From contig JAJPHX010000052.1 of the NCBI GenBank assembly GCA_021325075.1, positions 1 through 50,068 of the forward strand: a DNA stretch of 50,068 nucleotides. Reading direction: 5' to 3'. Position 1 is the stretch's first letter. Each line of letters begins with the position of its first letter. The notes beneath the pieces were generated by a model, which was not told the DNA's origin, made no database searches, and saw only the letters and a program-made list of their open reading frames with translations. Positions 38,454 to 47,530 of this stretch are shown in pieces. Position numbers and translations under genes: made by a program. This DNA is from Nitrososphaeraceae archaeon. GTDB lineage: Archaea > Thermoproteota > Nitrososphaeria > Nitrososphaerales > Nitrososphaeraceae.

Positions 38454-38802
38454 CGGCTGGCACATCCTTGACCAAGATGTGTTCAACTCTGTATGCGGGG
38501 ATCAGCTCCCTCTTTATGATAGAGTTGGCCTTTTCGTTCTTGTAAAACGTGATGGTGACAAACTCTGACACGACTTGGACGTTTATTGTCTCGCAAATTT
38601 GCGGGTCTTTTGCTCCGTCAAATTCCTCGATAGTTGTCTCTGGCTTGCTGCGTGTCTTTTGCGAATACAAGACAATTACGTTGTCCACTTCAAGGCCGTG
38701 AAATTTGATTACTTTCTTCTCTGCCACTGTTGTAACACGGCGCAGCAACTGGTAATAATATTTGTACAGATTCTTCCTGTCATTGCAGGTCTGATTCGTC
38801 AT
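38443..38802 (-). CDS. Hypothetical protein (start likely downstream, ~38730)
   Basis: Protein-like from AEKKVIKFHG onward. Confidence 0.6.
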   Translation of the reverse strand: MTNQTCNDRKNLYKYYYQLLRRVTTVAEKKVIKFHGLEVDNVIVLYSQKTRSKPETTIEEFDGAKDPQICETINVQVVSEFVTITFYKNEKANSIIKRELIPAYRVEHILVKDVPAATG

Positions 38803-39070
38803 TCAGTTGGGTGCCGCTGGTTGCTACTCTTGCCACTTGCTTTTTGCCGGTAGGGTCAATCAATTTGCATTCTTCTTGCTCTACATGGAGAGTGGTTGAA
38901 GCGACTTTGGATGGCTCTATGACTTTGTCTGAAGGCACATGCACGTTGTTTCTTATTTCCTTGGACCAGACTGCAACATCCGGCGTATCCGTTATGTCCA
39001 TTATACCACTTGTGTTGCCGGCCTTTGCAGGATTAGTTTCTTTTCTAAATCTTGCAGTTTCATCAGCCAA
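38780..39070 (-). CDS. Hypothetical protein
   Basis: 96-aa ORF, TTG start. Confidence 0.5.
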   Translation of the reverse strand: MADETARFRKETNPAKAGNTSGIMDITDTPDVAVWSKEIRNNVHVPSDKVIEPSKVASTTLHVEQEECKLIDPTGKKQVARVATSGTQLNDESDLQ

Positions 39071-39160
39071 TGGAACATAATGCCCAACAAAGTATTAATC
39101 ATCTTCAATTCTGCCGCGGAAAAGAACGCTTATCTAAGGCTTGCCGCCTAGACACAAGCA

Positions 39161-39400
39161 TTGGCGTATGCAACTGACCAGCAACCGGTGCGCGACAACC
39201 TCAAATTATTCGGGTACATGGTAGGCGCAGCACTGTTCTTTGCCGTGACTCTTCTCGCCTCGTTTTTTGTCATCATTGTCATCATAAACCAGATGCACAT
39301 ACCCGGTGACGTAGCCCCAAACTTTTTCATGCTCGGGCTAGTGCCGCCGTCGATAGCGACGGTTCTGCTCTTTACTAAAGTCCTTGGCAGGTTCATGTAA
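39161..39400 (+). CDS. Small two-helix membrane protein
   Basis: 79 aa, two hydrophobic segments, TATA-like CTTATCTAA upstream. Confidence 0.65.
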   Translation: MAYATDQQPVRDNLKLFGYMVGAALFFAVTLLASFFVIIVIINQMHIPGDVAPNFFMLGLVPPSIATVLLFTKVLGRFM

Positions 39401-39452
39401 AAACATAAAAAGAAATAGCCAAAGCAAAGACAGGCGTCGCATGCATGTTATC

Positions 39453-39770
39453 TTACTTGGCTCTAGAAATCGGGACGTCGATCGTTGAAACGTTTCTTGT
39501 CCTGCCGTCCTCTGATTGCACGGTCTCTGAGCCCAGCTTGATCGGTCCAATCTTGTACCCGAGCGTGTCCATGCGCTTGACAATTATCTGGGCCACGTCT
39601 ACTGCCCTTGTGATGCTCTTGCCCCTTGCCTTTATTATCACCGTTGGCTCGTTTGCCAGCTGCACCAGAGTGGCTGTGACGTAGGTCATGAGTGGTTTTT
39701 TTCCGATAAATATTTCGTTGTTTGGCTTGCTTTGCCTGACAGTGTTGGTGTTTGTGGTGTTTGTAGACAT
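39453..39770 (-). CDS. albA: DNA/RNA-binding protein Alba
   Basis: IFIGKKPLMTYV, IKARGKSITRAVDVA, RNVSTIDV. Confidence 0.95.
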   Translation of the reverse strand: MSTNTTNTNTVRQSKPNNEIFIGKKPLMTYVTATLVQLANEPTVIIKARGKSITRAVDVAQIIVKRMDTLGYKIGPIKLGSETVQSEDGRTRNVSTIDVPISRAK

Positions 39771-39824
39771 GGTGCGAGAGTATTCAGCACCCTAGAATAT
39801 AACGTTTGTTCTGACATCTTCTAG

Positions 39825-40067
39825 CTAACTGGGCTGTGTGTATTTTTTGAGTATGCTTTCAAGCTGCGAAGGGTTCTCAGCTATTTCCCTGACTGCATCG
39901 GGATTTTCCACTTCATAGCAATGGAGCAAGCTATCTTCATCCTTGTAGAACAGGAATACCTTGCCGTCATGGATAATGTGGTAGAGTTGATCCGGCACCA
40001 TCTTTTCAGTCTTGAGCTTGATGCCTTCTTCGTTGGCAACCACCGGGTAGTCGTCGCCTGCCGCCAT
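39825..40067 (-). CDS. Hypothetical protein (80 aa from ATG 40067)
   Basis: MAAGDDYPVV...; the longer 151-aa ORF extension runs through AT-rich intergenic-looking sequence. Confidence 0.65.
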   Translation of the reverse strand: MAAGDDYPVVANEEGIKLKTEKMVPDQLYHIIHDGKVFLFYKDEDSLLHCYEVENPDAVREIAENPSQLESILKKYTQPS

Positions 40068-40420
40068 GCAGCATCTAGTTTGTTTCTCTCTATTAATTCT
40101 GTTGCGCCTTGTACATGAATGGCTGAAAGTGCAAGACTTGAACCGAAAGACTGGAACAAATTGCTTGCAAAAGCTATTGCTCATACTAAACCTAAAATTG
40201 CTTTGTGCAGTTCTACAATACCAATTAAAAGAATGATGCATTAATGCCACCAACCAAAAATGAATAATCAAACGCGACAACCAAAGAATAGACAGCGCCC
40301 AAAAACCCGTGCTCAGTTTTTGCCACTATACAAAATCCACGCACGGCGTTCCGCGTATTGCGCCCCTAGAATGGGTCTGCACACACAAGGATAATAAGAC
40401 AAATCCTACATAATCTAACT

Positions 40421-41329
40421 GTGTACACGAAAAAGGCTCCCTGGCAGCACAGGGATACTGGCCTAACGATAAGGATGATAGTCAGCTTTGCAGTCCTCAC
40501 GATACTCTACCTTGTTTTCTTGAGCGTCCTTGCCTATGTCGGACTTGGCGCCATCCCGATAGCATTAATCGCCGGAATGATGATACTTGCCCAGTGGTAC
40601 TTTTCCGATAGGATTGTGCTGTGGAGCTCTGGCGCAAAGGTAGTGACAAGAGAGCAGTTCCCCGAGCTTCACGACCTTGTCGAGCTGATTGTCGCAAGGA
40701 ACAACCTTCCAAAGCCAAGGATTGCAGTCATCAACACCAAGATGCCAAACGCGTTTGCAACTGGCAAGAGCAAGAAGAGCTCGGTGGTGGCGGTGACCAC
40801 CGGCCTGATGGAAATGCTTGACAACGAGGAGCTAGAAGGAGTCGTCGCGCACGAACTTTCGCATATCAAAAACCGCGACGTGCTGGTGCTGACGCTTGCA
40901 AGCCTCTTTTCAACGATAGCGTGGTACATGATGCAGTTTGGCATGTACGGCGGCATGTATGGTGGCGGTTACGGCGGCCGCAACAGGGACAACGGCGGAG
41001 GGATGGCACTCGTGCTGCTCGTCGCGGTCATCACGTGGTTTGTCAGCTTTTTGATAATCAGGGCGATATCGCGCTACCGCGAGTTTGTAGCAGACAGGGA
41101 CGGCGCAATGATGACAGGCAAGCCGGTAAAGCTTGCAAACGCTCTGCTCAAGATAAGCGGGACCATGAAGCGCATACCGACCCAGGACCTGAGGCAGGTA
41201 GAGGGCATGAACGCGTTCTTTATCGTGCCAGCCATTTCTGGCAGCTCCTTTACCGCCCTGTTCTCCACACACCCGCCGGTGGAGCAGAGGGTGAAAAAGC
41301 TCATGGAAATGGAGGCGTCCATGAGCTGA
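40421..41329 (+). CDS. htpX: HtpX membrane zinc metalloprotease (M48)
   Basis: PNAFATG, AHELSH (HExxH), SRYREFVAD, FSTHP. Confidence 0.95.
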   Translation: MYTKKAPWQHRDTGLTIRMIVSFAVLTILYLVFLSVLAYVGLGAIPIALIAGMMILAQWYFSDRIVLWSSGAKVVTREQFPELHDLVELIVARNNLPKPRIAVINTKMPNAFATGKSKKSSVVAVTTGLMEMLDNEELEGVVAHELSHIKNRDVLVLTLASLFSTIAWYMMQFGMYGGMYGGGYGGRNRDNGGGMALVLLVAVITWFVSFLIIRAISRYREFVADRDGAMMTGKPVKLANALLKISGTMKRIPTQDLRQVEGMNAFFIVPAISGSSFTALFSTHPPVEQRVKKLMEMEASMS

Positions 41330-41919
41330 GTTTTTTTCGCAGGATACGCGACGACATCAACGCCAAGCGCCTGCCAAAGGCAGACTCGGAAGTGCTGTTC
41401 TCCCTATCTTCCGGCTACATCACACTTGAAACAAAGCTCGGATTGAAGGTGACCGGCAGGTGCGCCCTCACATTCAAGGGCGTCAGCGGCACCTATTTTT
41501 ATGAAATGGAGCAAGATGTCAAGCGATTCCTTGACAGCCTGAACCCCGAGTTTGACCTGGCTTATCGCATAGTCACTGACTCGTACGGGTATGTGTGGAT
41601 AATACTGGAAGGCAAGAGGATCGAAGACCTGCTGGCGGGCCTGACCGCGGTTGGCGACACTGTGGAAGAAAAAGGGTTTTCAGACCAGATACTGGCCGCT
41701 GTCTTTGAATTTTCAAGTGAGCGTCAGGGCGGATACCAATATCTGATATACAACTACAAGCGCAACAACTTTTACCCTTTTGTGCCTGCAGGCCAGAAAG
41801 ACAGAAGCACAGAACAGGAAATGCAGATCATGGCTGCGGTTGGCGATGAAATGCCGTTTGAAAAAGATATGACCCGGTGGTATCCGATGTGGGACCTTCC
41901 ACTCAGATCTCGGGGATGA
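41326..41919 (+). CDS. PspA-associated protein B-like (PspAB)
   Basis: DSYGYVW, YLIYNYKRNNFYPFVP, RWYPMWD; follows htpX; inferred CTG start overlapping the htpX stop. Confidence 0.75.
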   Translation: MSFFRRIRDDINAKRLPKADSEVLFSLSSGYITLETKLGLKVTGRCALTFKGVSGTYFYEMEQDVKRFLDSLNPEFDLAYRIVTDSYGYVWIILEGKRIEDLLAGLTAVGDTVEEKGFSDQILAAVFEFSSERQGGYQYLIYNYKRNNFYPFVPAGQKDRSTEQEMQIMAAVGDEMPFEKDMTRWYPMWDLPLRSRG

Positions 41920-42373
41920 CGCCTTCTCCCTGAAACAGCCTTTTTGCCTCGTCTATTGATAGGTCGGCGCTTGGCAAGATAATATCTGACCTAATTATCT
42001 CACGCGGGTTAAGTGGTTTGCCGTTCTTCATGACCATATCATTGAGCTCTGAGAGCAATTTCTTGAACTCGCTGTCGTCTGACCGCTCTTTGCTCACCAG
42101 CTCAACTAGGGCATTATCAATATCGTTGAGCTTTTTCAGCGTCTTGCTATCTACAGTAAACTGCCCGTGACCCATGATCCTAACGATCTTTTTGCCAGCA
42201 GGCTTTTCAGCGACGCTTTTCGCTTTCATCTTGGCTGCCACAGGCTTTTTTCTGACCCTTACAGTTGGCTTTCGCGCAGAAGCCGCCTTTTTTGAGCGTA
42301 ATTTACCCTTTACAGCGCGTTTTGACTTGAGCTTGCTTGCCGCCCTGTTCTTGCTCTTTACTTTTCTCTTCAT
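41903..42373 (-). CDS. PspA-associated protein A-like (PspAA) with Lys-rich N-terminal tail
   Basis: IVRIMGHGQF...LNDIDN...SDIILPSADLSIDE...GEGVIP; overlaps pspA stop by 4 nt. Confidence 0.8.
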   Translation of the reverse strand: MKRKVKSKNRAASKLKSKRAVKGKLRSKKAASARKPTVRVRKKPVAAKMKAKSVAEKPAGKKIVRIMGHGQFTVDSKTLKKLNDIDNALVELVSKERSDDSEFKKLLSELNDMVMKNGKPLNPREIIRSDIILPSADLSIDEAKRLFQGEGVIPEI

Positions 42374-43104
42374 TGTTGTGCTTCTTGCTCCACCTGTTGC
42401 TTCTTCTTACGTTCCCTCTCTGACTTTAACTTTGCTAATTCTTCCTCAACCGAGCTCTGTACTGTAATTTTTTCAAGTTCTTTCTCAATTTCATCCTTAT
42501 TTGATGTATAGTCTGTCAATACCCCTGAATTCATCATGTCATCCAAGGCTTGGGACTTTGCCTTCATTTTCTCGGTCTTGTCCTCGGCCCTATCCATCGC
42601 CATGCCGACATCTGCCATTTCTTCAGAGATGCCGGTGACACTTTCCTTTATTTTGACCTGCGCTTCTGCCGCGGAATATTGCGCCTTTATAACCTCTTTC
42701 TTTGATTTGAATTCCTCAACCTTGAGTGCCAGCCTCTTAGCAGTGTCTTCCAGCTTTTCTTCCTCTTGCTGCATGTCGGCTATCTGCTTGTCAAGGCTCC
42801 GTACCTGAAGTAGGTTGGCGTTCTTGCGCTCCAGCGCGAGTTTTGCTAGGTCTTCCCTGTTGACGTCAAGCGACCTTCGCGCCTGCTCGTCAAGAAGGTG
42901 GATATTGTCCCACAGCTTTGACTTTTGCATTTCCAGCCTCTTTCTAGCTGTCATGACCTCGGCAAGGCTTCTTCGCAGCTTGTTCAGCATTTCAAGCTGC
43001 TTCACATAGGAATAATCAAGAGCTTCTCTTGGATCTTCGTATTTGTCAAGGAGCGTGTTTACTTTTTGCTTAACAACGGTTGAGATACGGTTCATCAGTC
43101 CCAA
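42370..43104 (-). CDS. pspA: Phage shock protein A (PspA/IM30, ESCRT-III superfamily)
   Basis: MGLMNRI, EDPREAL, REDLAKLALERK, VEEELAKLK coiled coil. Confidence 0.92.
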   Translation of the reverse strand: MGLMNRISTVVKQKVNTLLDKYEDPREALDYSYVKQLEMLNKLRRSLAEVMTARKRLEMQKSKLWDNIHLLDEQARRSLDVNREDLAKLALERKNANLLQVRSLDKQIADMQQEEEKLEDTAKRLALKVEEFKSKKEVIKAQYSAAEAQVKIKESVTGISEEMADVGMAMDRAEDKTEKMKAKSQALDDMMNSGVLTDYTSNKDEIEKELEKITVQSSVEEELAKLKSERERKKKQQVEQEAQQ

Positions 43105-43153
43105 TTCTTTGTCATTCTATTATTCGAGTTATGATTATTAAAATATGACGATT

Positions 43154-43450
43154 CTACCTGCCAGACCTGCGCCAGTCATGCTCGTCAGGTGGCCCATATT
43201 CTTCTTTCTTTTTGAAGTATCCCCAGTATAACAAAAAGCCGCCAGCGGCAAGCATTGCGATGACAAACTTTTCATTTGTTATTTGCGCGTTGATAAAGTT
43301 GTCAAGGAAAAACCCTGTCGTATACTCAATGCTGTAAAAGACAAGATTTCTTATCGCGATAATTGCAGCCATGATGATGAAGAGGATGCCCATTGCAGAC
43401 ATCCAGTTCTTGCCGCGCCTGCTACCGCCAGCCTCTTCCTTCCACCGCAT
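43154..43450 (-). CDS. Small two-helix membrane protein
   Basis: 98 aa, two TM segments, upstream of pspA. Confidence 0.65.
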   Translation of the reverse strand: MRWKEEAGGSRRGKNWMSAMGILFIIMAAIIAIRNLVFYSIEYTTGFFLDNFINAQITNEKFVIAMLAAGGFLLYWGYFKKKEEYGPPDEHDWRRSGR

Positions 43451-43490
43451 GATGCTACTCTAAAGAAGCCATTGCTGATAACATTTGCGT

Positions 43491-44162
43491 TTAGGTAAGC
43501 TTGACTCCTGGGTTCTTCATCTTGTTCTTTTTCGCGGCGTTTAGCAGCATCGGTGTCAGTATCTCTGCCTGGTACGTGAGGGCAAGTGGCCCGAGGTAAA
43601 CGGGGCGCAGGCCGCTTATTTCGTTGACGAGTTCCGTCAGCTTGGCTACGACGTTTAGGTCGTCACCGCAAATGAACGTGTCAGCATCGAGACTCTGCCC
43701 GACATTTTTCAGCTTCACTTCAGATATAGTGTGGAATGCAGACACTACCCTCGACCTAGGTTGAAGCTTGTCCGCGACCAATTCTCCTGCGGGCTTTTTA
43801 TGCTGCTCTAGCGGGATATAGACAAACCCGGCATCAGTCCTGGTCATCGGCACTATCGGAGACACGACTATGCAGTCGTCCCTTATCTGGCCGGCCAGCT
43901 TGCCGCAAGTATCATCGATAAATTCGTAGGGGATTGAAAGTATTAATACGTCAACATTTTTCGCAAGCGAAAAGTTGTCGTCGCCCGAAATGCTTCCGGA
44001 AATGCCGCCGTAGGACTGCTTTGCCGCAATTGTATAGTTATCTGCAGCTTCTTTTGCCTTCTGGGCATCCCTCGAGCCGACAATGATGTCATGCTTTTGG
44101 CACCATCTGAGCGCAAACCCTTCGCCCATGCCGCCAGTGCCGCCCACTATTCCGATCCTCAT
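43491..44162 (-). CDS. npdG: NADPH-dependent F420 reductase (Fno/NpdG)
   Basis: MRIGIVGGTGGMGEGFALR, VGSRD, VSAFHTIS, ICGDD; start placed at ATG 44162. Confidence 0.9.
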   Translation of the reverse strand: MRIGIVGGTGGMGEGFALRWCQKHDIIVGSRDAQKAKEAADNYTIAAKQSYGGISGSISGDDNFSLAKNVDVLILSIPYEFIDDTCGKLAGQIRDDCIVVSPIVPMTRTDAGFVYIPLEQHKKPAGELVADKLQPRSRVVSAFHTISEVKLKNVGQSLDADTFICGDDLNVVAKLTELVNEISGLRPVYLGPLALTYQAEILTPMLLNAAKKNKMKNPGVKLT

Positions 44163-44334
44163 AGATTCGTTCACAAGTGATTTGGATATTAATGTTGCAT
44201 CAACTTGCACATTAGTCTTCTTGGCGATGCTTGAATTACACAGGCTTAATCAACTGCAACTATTGCCAATAGCTCCACACAACGGTCATGTAAAAAATTA
44301 TTAAGTGATCTTGTTATTCACAGGTGTCCAGCCA

Positions 44335-44958
44335 TTGCCTCTAGCCATCTTTATGCGTCATGGGCAGGCCGAAAACAACGTCAGCAGGATACTTGTCGGC
44401 AGGCATATTGAGGCGCACCTGACAGAGCAGGGCAGGCAGCAGGTCGAAGATGCAGCCAGGCAGCTAAAGAGTGTAGAGATAGACAAAGTCTATGTTTCGC
44501 CAGTCATCAGGGCGGTAGAGACTGCGCAGATAGTGTGCAAAGCGCTTGGCATGAACTACGAAATAGACGAGCGACTGTACGAAATCGAGCTAGGCAAGCT
44601 TGTCGGCATGAACTACGAAGAGGTGACAACAAAGTACGGCGACCTGTTTTTGAGATTCTACTCTGAGAGCGATCCTGTGCTTGCAAACTTTGGCGTAGAG
44701 ACATTTGCCTCCGTCAAAAAACGCGTCAGGAATCTCCTTGATGAAATCCTGCAAAAGTACGAAGACAGCAATATCCTGATGGTCACTCACCTTGACCCGA
44801 TAAAGGCCGCGCTTGCGTCCCTGCTGGACCTAAAGCCAGAGGCACTTTACCGATGGCACATACGCAATGCCTCACTGACCATCCTGAAGCAAGAGAGCAA
44901 GGTCTACTCGCTTTCAGGCGTCAACGTAATGGCGATGCACAGGTATCCAACCGAATGA
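44335..44958 (+). CDS. Histidine phosphatase (phosphoglycerate mutase) family protein
   Basis: RHG motif, LTEQGRQQ, SPVIRAVETA, VTH, NASL; start placed at TTG 44335. Confidence 0.88.
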   Translation: MPLAIFMRHGQAENNVSRILVGRHIEAHLTEQGRQQVEDAARQLKSVEIDKVYVSPVIRAVETAQIVCKALGMNYEIDERLYEIELGKLVGMNYEEVTTKYGDLFLRFYSESDPVLANFGVETFASVKKRVRNLLDEILQKYEDSNILMVTHLDPIKAALASLLDLKPEALYRWHIRNASLTILKQESKVYSLSGVNVMAMHRYPTE

Positions 44959-45024
44959 CTCCCATTTCCAAAACCTTAAATAAGATAACGAAACTGACAC
45001 ATAACAGAAAAAGGACGGGATGAT

Positions 45025-45300
45025 ATGGTCTCATATTCGAAGTTGGCTTTGTTCCTGATTCCTGTCGTGGTTCTTTTCCTTCTTGACGTCAACTCTGCAT
45101 TCGCCCAAGAATCATCAAAGCAGTACATGAGTGCAAGGATAGAGATCTGGGCATTATTCTATAGGCTCATGGTTGTGGCATTCGTTATTGGCGCGGTAGT
45201 GATGGGAACCATTACATGGGTCGTCTGGAGGTTCCGCGAGTCACATCCAAAGAACAAGGGGAGCATAACCCCTTCTAGATCGGAGGGTGCGCATCACTAA
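45025..45300 (+). CDS. Heme-copper oxidase subunit II, separate N-terminal membrane part
   Basis: Signal-like peptide, IWALFYRLM TM helix, WRFRESHP; stop overlaps coxB start. Confidence 0.75.
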   Translation: MVSYSKLALFLIPVVVLFLLDVNSAFAQESSKQYMSARIEIWALFYRLMVVAFVIGAVVMGTITWVVWRFRESHPKNKGSITPSRSEGAHH

Positions 45301-45794
45301 TGGGCCACGCGACGATCGAATGGGTGTATGTCGGCGTAGTGATTGCAGTGCTCGTCTACGTAGGTGCTGACGCATGGAATGTTGAAAAAATGCTAACTGA
45401 TGCTCCGCCAGAAGCCAAAGTCATTAAAGTCACGGGTCAGCAGTGGTTCTGGACCTTCGAACACGAAGACGGCACACAGGAGATAGGTGAGCTGCACCTT
45501 GTCAAAGGAGTACCATACAGGTTTGAAGTGACGTCCAGAGATGTGATTCATTCGTTCAACACGCCAGACTTTGCAATGATGATTGACGCGGTGCCAGGCA
45601 GGATCAACACGATATGGTTTGCTCCTGATCAGTCAGGCCAATTCCTTATACAGTGCAGGGAATACTGCGGATTTTCACATTACCAGATGAGGGCCAAGCT
45701 GTTCGTAGAAGAGCCAACCACCAGTGGAGGCAAAGTCACCAATGCTTCAGCTGATTTGACGCCATCGATAGGCGCCACGGCAGCTGCAAGCTGA
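45300..45794 (+). CDS. coxB: Heme-copper oxidase subunit II, CuA domain
   Basis: GQQWFWTF, DVIHSF, DAVPGR, CREYCGFSHYQM. Confidence 0.93.
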   Translation: MGHATIEWVYVGVVIAVLVYVGADAWNVEKMLTDAPPEAKVIKVTGQQWFWTFEHEDGTQEIGELHLVKGVPYRFEVTSRDVIHSFNTPDFAMMIDAVPGRINTIWFAPDQSGQFLIQCREYCGFSHYQMRAKLFVEEPTTSGGKVTNASADLTPSIGATAAAS

Positions 45795-45925
45795 AATTCT
45801 TTTTCATAATTTTTCATCTAATCGCCTTCCAGCATCTTTGCTAGAATATCGCGCGGTACCAAAAACAAAATGCTTTTATTGATATAGCATTCCATCTATG
45901 AGCAATATAGAGGGATGGATGCGAG

Positions 45926-47452
45926 TTGGTACTAGAGGTTAAAAAACCCCGTCCAATGTGGGAGATTCTTTTTTCGACCCATCACACCGATATCGGTCTG
46001 CTGTATATCTACCTGTCCACCACAGCTTTTATCATAGGCGGCGCGCTGGCGATCGGGATTCGTTCAGAACTATTCCTTCCCGGCAATCAGGGCATAATTC
46101 CTGATTCCAACACATTCCACAGGATATTCACCGTCCATGGCACAAACATGTTGTTTTTCTGGCTCATCCCATTTGCTTCTGGCATCGGCAACTACCTGAT
46201 ACCGATCATGGTCAGGTACAAAGACATGGCATGGCCAAAGCTCAACGCAGTCGCGTTCTGGATGCTTCCAGTAAGCATGGCGCTTGTCTGGCTTGGCTTT
46301 GCTGATACGACATGGAACGCTTATCCGCCTTATTCGATCATCAGAGCTCCTGGCCCCGCGGCTGAAATGTGGATCTTTGGACTCAAGATCGCAGGTATCT
46401 CTTCAGTTCTTGGAGCTATCAACTTTGTCGTGACTATTCTCAAGATGAAGCATCCAGACCTGCCGCTCATGAAGACGCCGCTCTTTGTCTGGGCGACTCT
46501 TGTAACGTCGCTGATGATAATCGTCGCAATGCCAACATTTGCTGCGGCTCTCATCATGTTATATACGGACAGGCTCGGGATATCCGGTTTCTTTAACCCT
46601 GCAATGGGTGGCGACCCCATAGCCTACCAGCACTTGTTCTGGTTCACGTTCCATCCCGAAGTGTACATATTCCTCATACCTGCGGTAGGAACTGCATACG
46701 AGCTCATACCCAAGTTCTCCAGAAAGCCAATCTTTAGCTATGGCTCGGGAGTCATCGCATTCGTCATGCTTGCCATAGTAGGGTTCGCATCATGGGCCCA
46801 CCACATGTACGCAACAGGCATGAGCTTCACAGAAAAGACAGTGTTCATGGTAGGGACGCTTGCAGCAGTTCCAGCTTCAGCCATGCACATCTTTAACTGG
46901 ATAGCCACTATGTGGGGCGGAAGGATCAAGTTTGCCGCTCCGATGGCTTTCACGGTTGGAGGAATTGTATTGTTCTTCTTTGCAGGAGCCGGAGGCATCG
47001 TCAACACCGCAATGCCGTTGGACTTCCTCACACACGACAGCTACTGGGTAGTAGGGCACATGCACCTGTTCCTCATGGGAATGATAACCTTCGGCTTCAT
47101 AGGCTTCCTGTACTACATGTTCCCGCTGATAACGGGCAGGATGTACAACGAAAGGGCCGCCATGATCCAGTTCTGGCTGATGTTCGTTGGAGTATCCATG
47201 ATATTCCTGACCCAGCACGTCTTGGGCCTGTACGGCCAGCCAAGGAGGACGTTTGACTACATCCCAGTCCAGCCACTCATCATACTGAACCAGATATCGA
47301 CAGTTGGCGCATGGATAACCGCAGCCGGAGCTGCTGTCTTCATTGCAAACCTGATCAAGAGTACGGTATCGGGCAAGCCCGCAAACATGGAAGACCCATT
47401 CAAATTAGGCGAGCAGTACTACGACTACGCGAGGCGCGAGCCTCACCATTAA
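45926..47452 (+). CDS. coxA: Heme-copper oxidase subunit I
   Basis: TVHG, WFTFHPEVY, WAHHM, VVGHMH; twelve TM helices. Confidence 0.97.
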   Translation: MVLEVKKPRPMWEILFSTHHTDIGLLYIYLSTTAFIIGGALAIGIRSELFLPGNQGIIPDSNTFHRIFTVHGTNMLFFWLIPFASGIGNYLIPIMVRYKDMAWPKLNAVAFWMLPVSMALVWLGFADTTWNAYPPYSIIRAPGPAAEMWIFGLKIAGISSVLGAINFVVTILKMKHPDLPLMKTPLFVWATLVTSLMIIVAMPTFAAALIMLYTDRLGISGFFNPAMGGDPIAYQHLFWFTFHPEVYIFLIPAVGTAYELIPKFSRKPIFSYGSGVIAFVMLAIVGFASWAHHMYATGMSFTEKTVFMVGTLAAVPASAMHIFNWIATMWGGRIKFAAPMAFTVGGIVLFFFAGAGGIVNTAMPLDFLTHDSYWVVGHMHLFLMGMITFGFIGFLYYMFPLITGRMYNERAAMIQFWLMFVGVSMIFLTQHVLGLYGQPRRTFDYIPVQPLIILNQISTVGAWITAAGAAVFIANLIKSTVSGKPANMEDPFKLGEQYYDYARREPHH

Positions 47453-47458
47453 GGAGGT
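47453..47458 (+). promoter_or_regulatory. Shine-Dalgarno sequence GGAGGT
   Basis: Exact GGAGGT directly after coxA stop, before ATG 47461. Confidence 0.6.
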
Positions 47459-47530
47459 AGATGAGCTACGAGTTCACACGACGAACACAGCCACGAAAAA
47501 GAGCCGATCATCCTGACATCGCCACGGCGC

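Noticed and set aside
39161-39400. Possible accessory ammonia monooxygenase subunit
   Set aside because: Only size and hydrophobicity fit; no amo genes in the window and no motif I can recognise
40068-40280. Upstream extension of ORF 39825..40280
   Set aside because: AT-rich intergenic-like sequence; a TATA-like TTAATA lies just upstream of ATG 40067
40921-41325. N-terminal 135 codons of the 332-aa ORF 40921..41919
   Set aside because: Alternate-frame overlap with htpX giving an Arg-rich shadow translation; the PspAB-like sequence begins only near 41326
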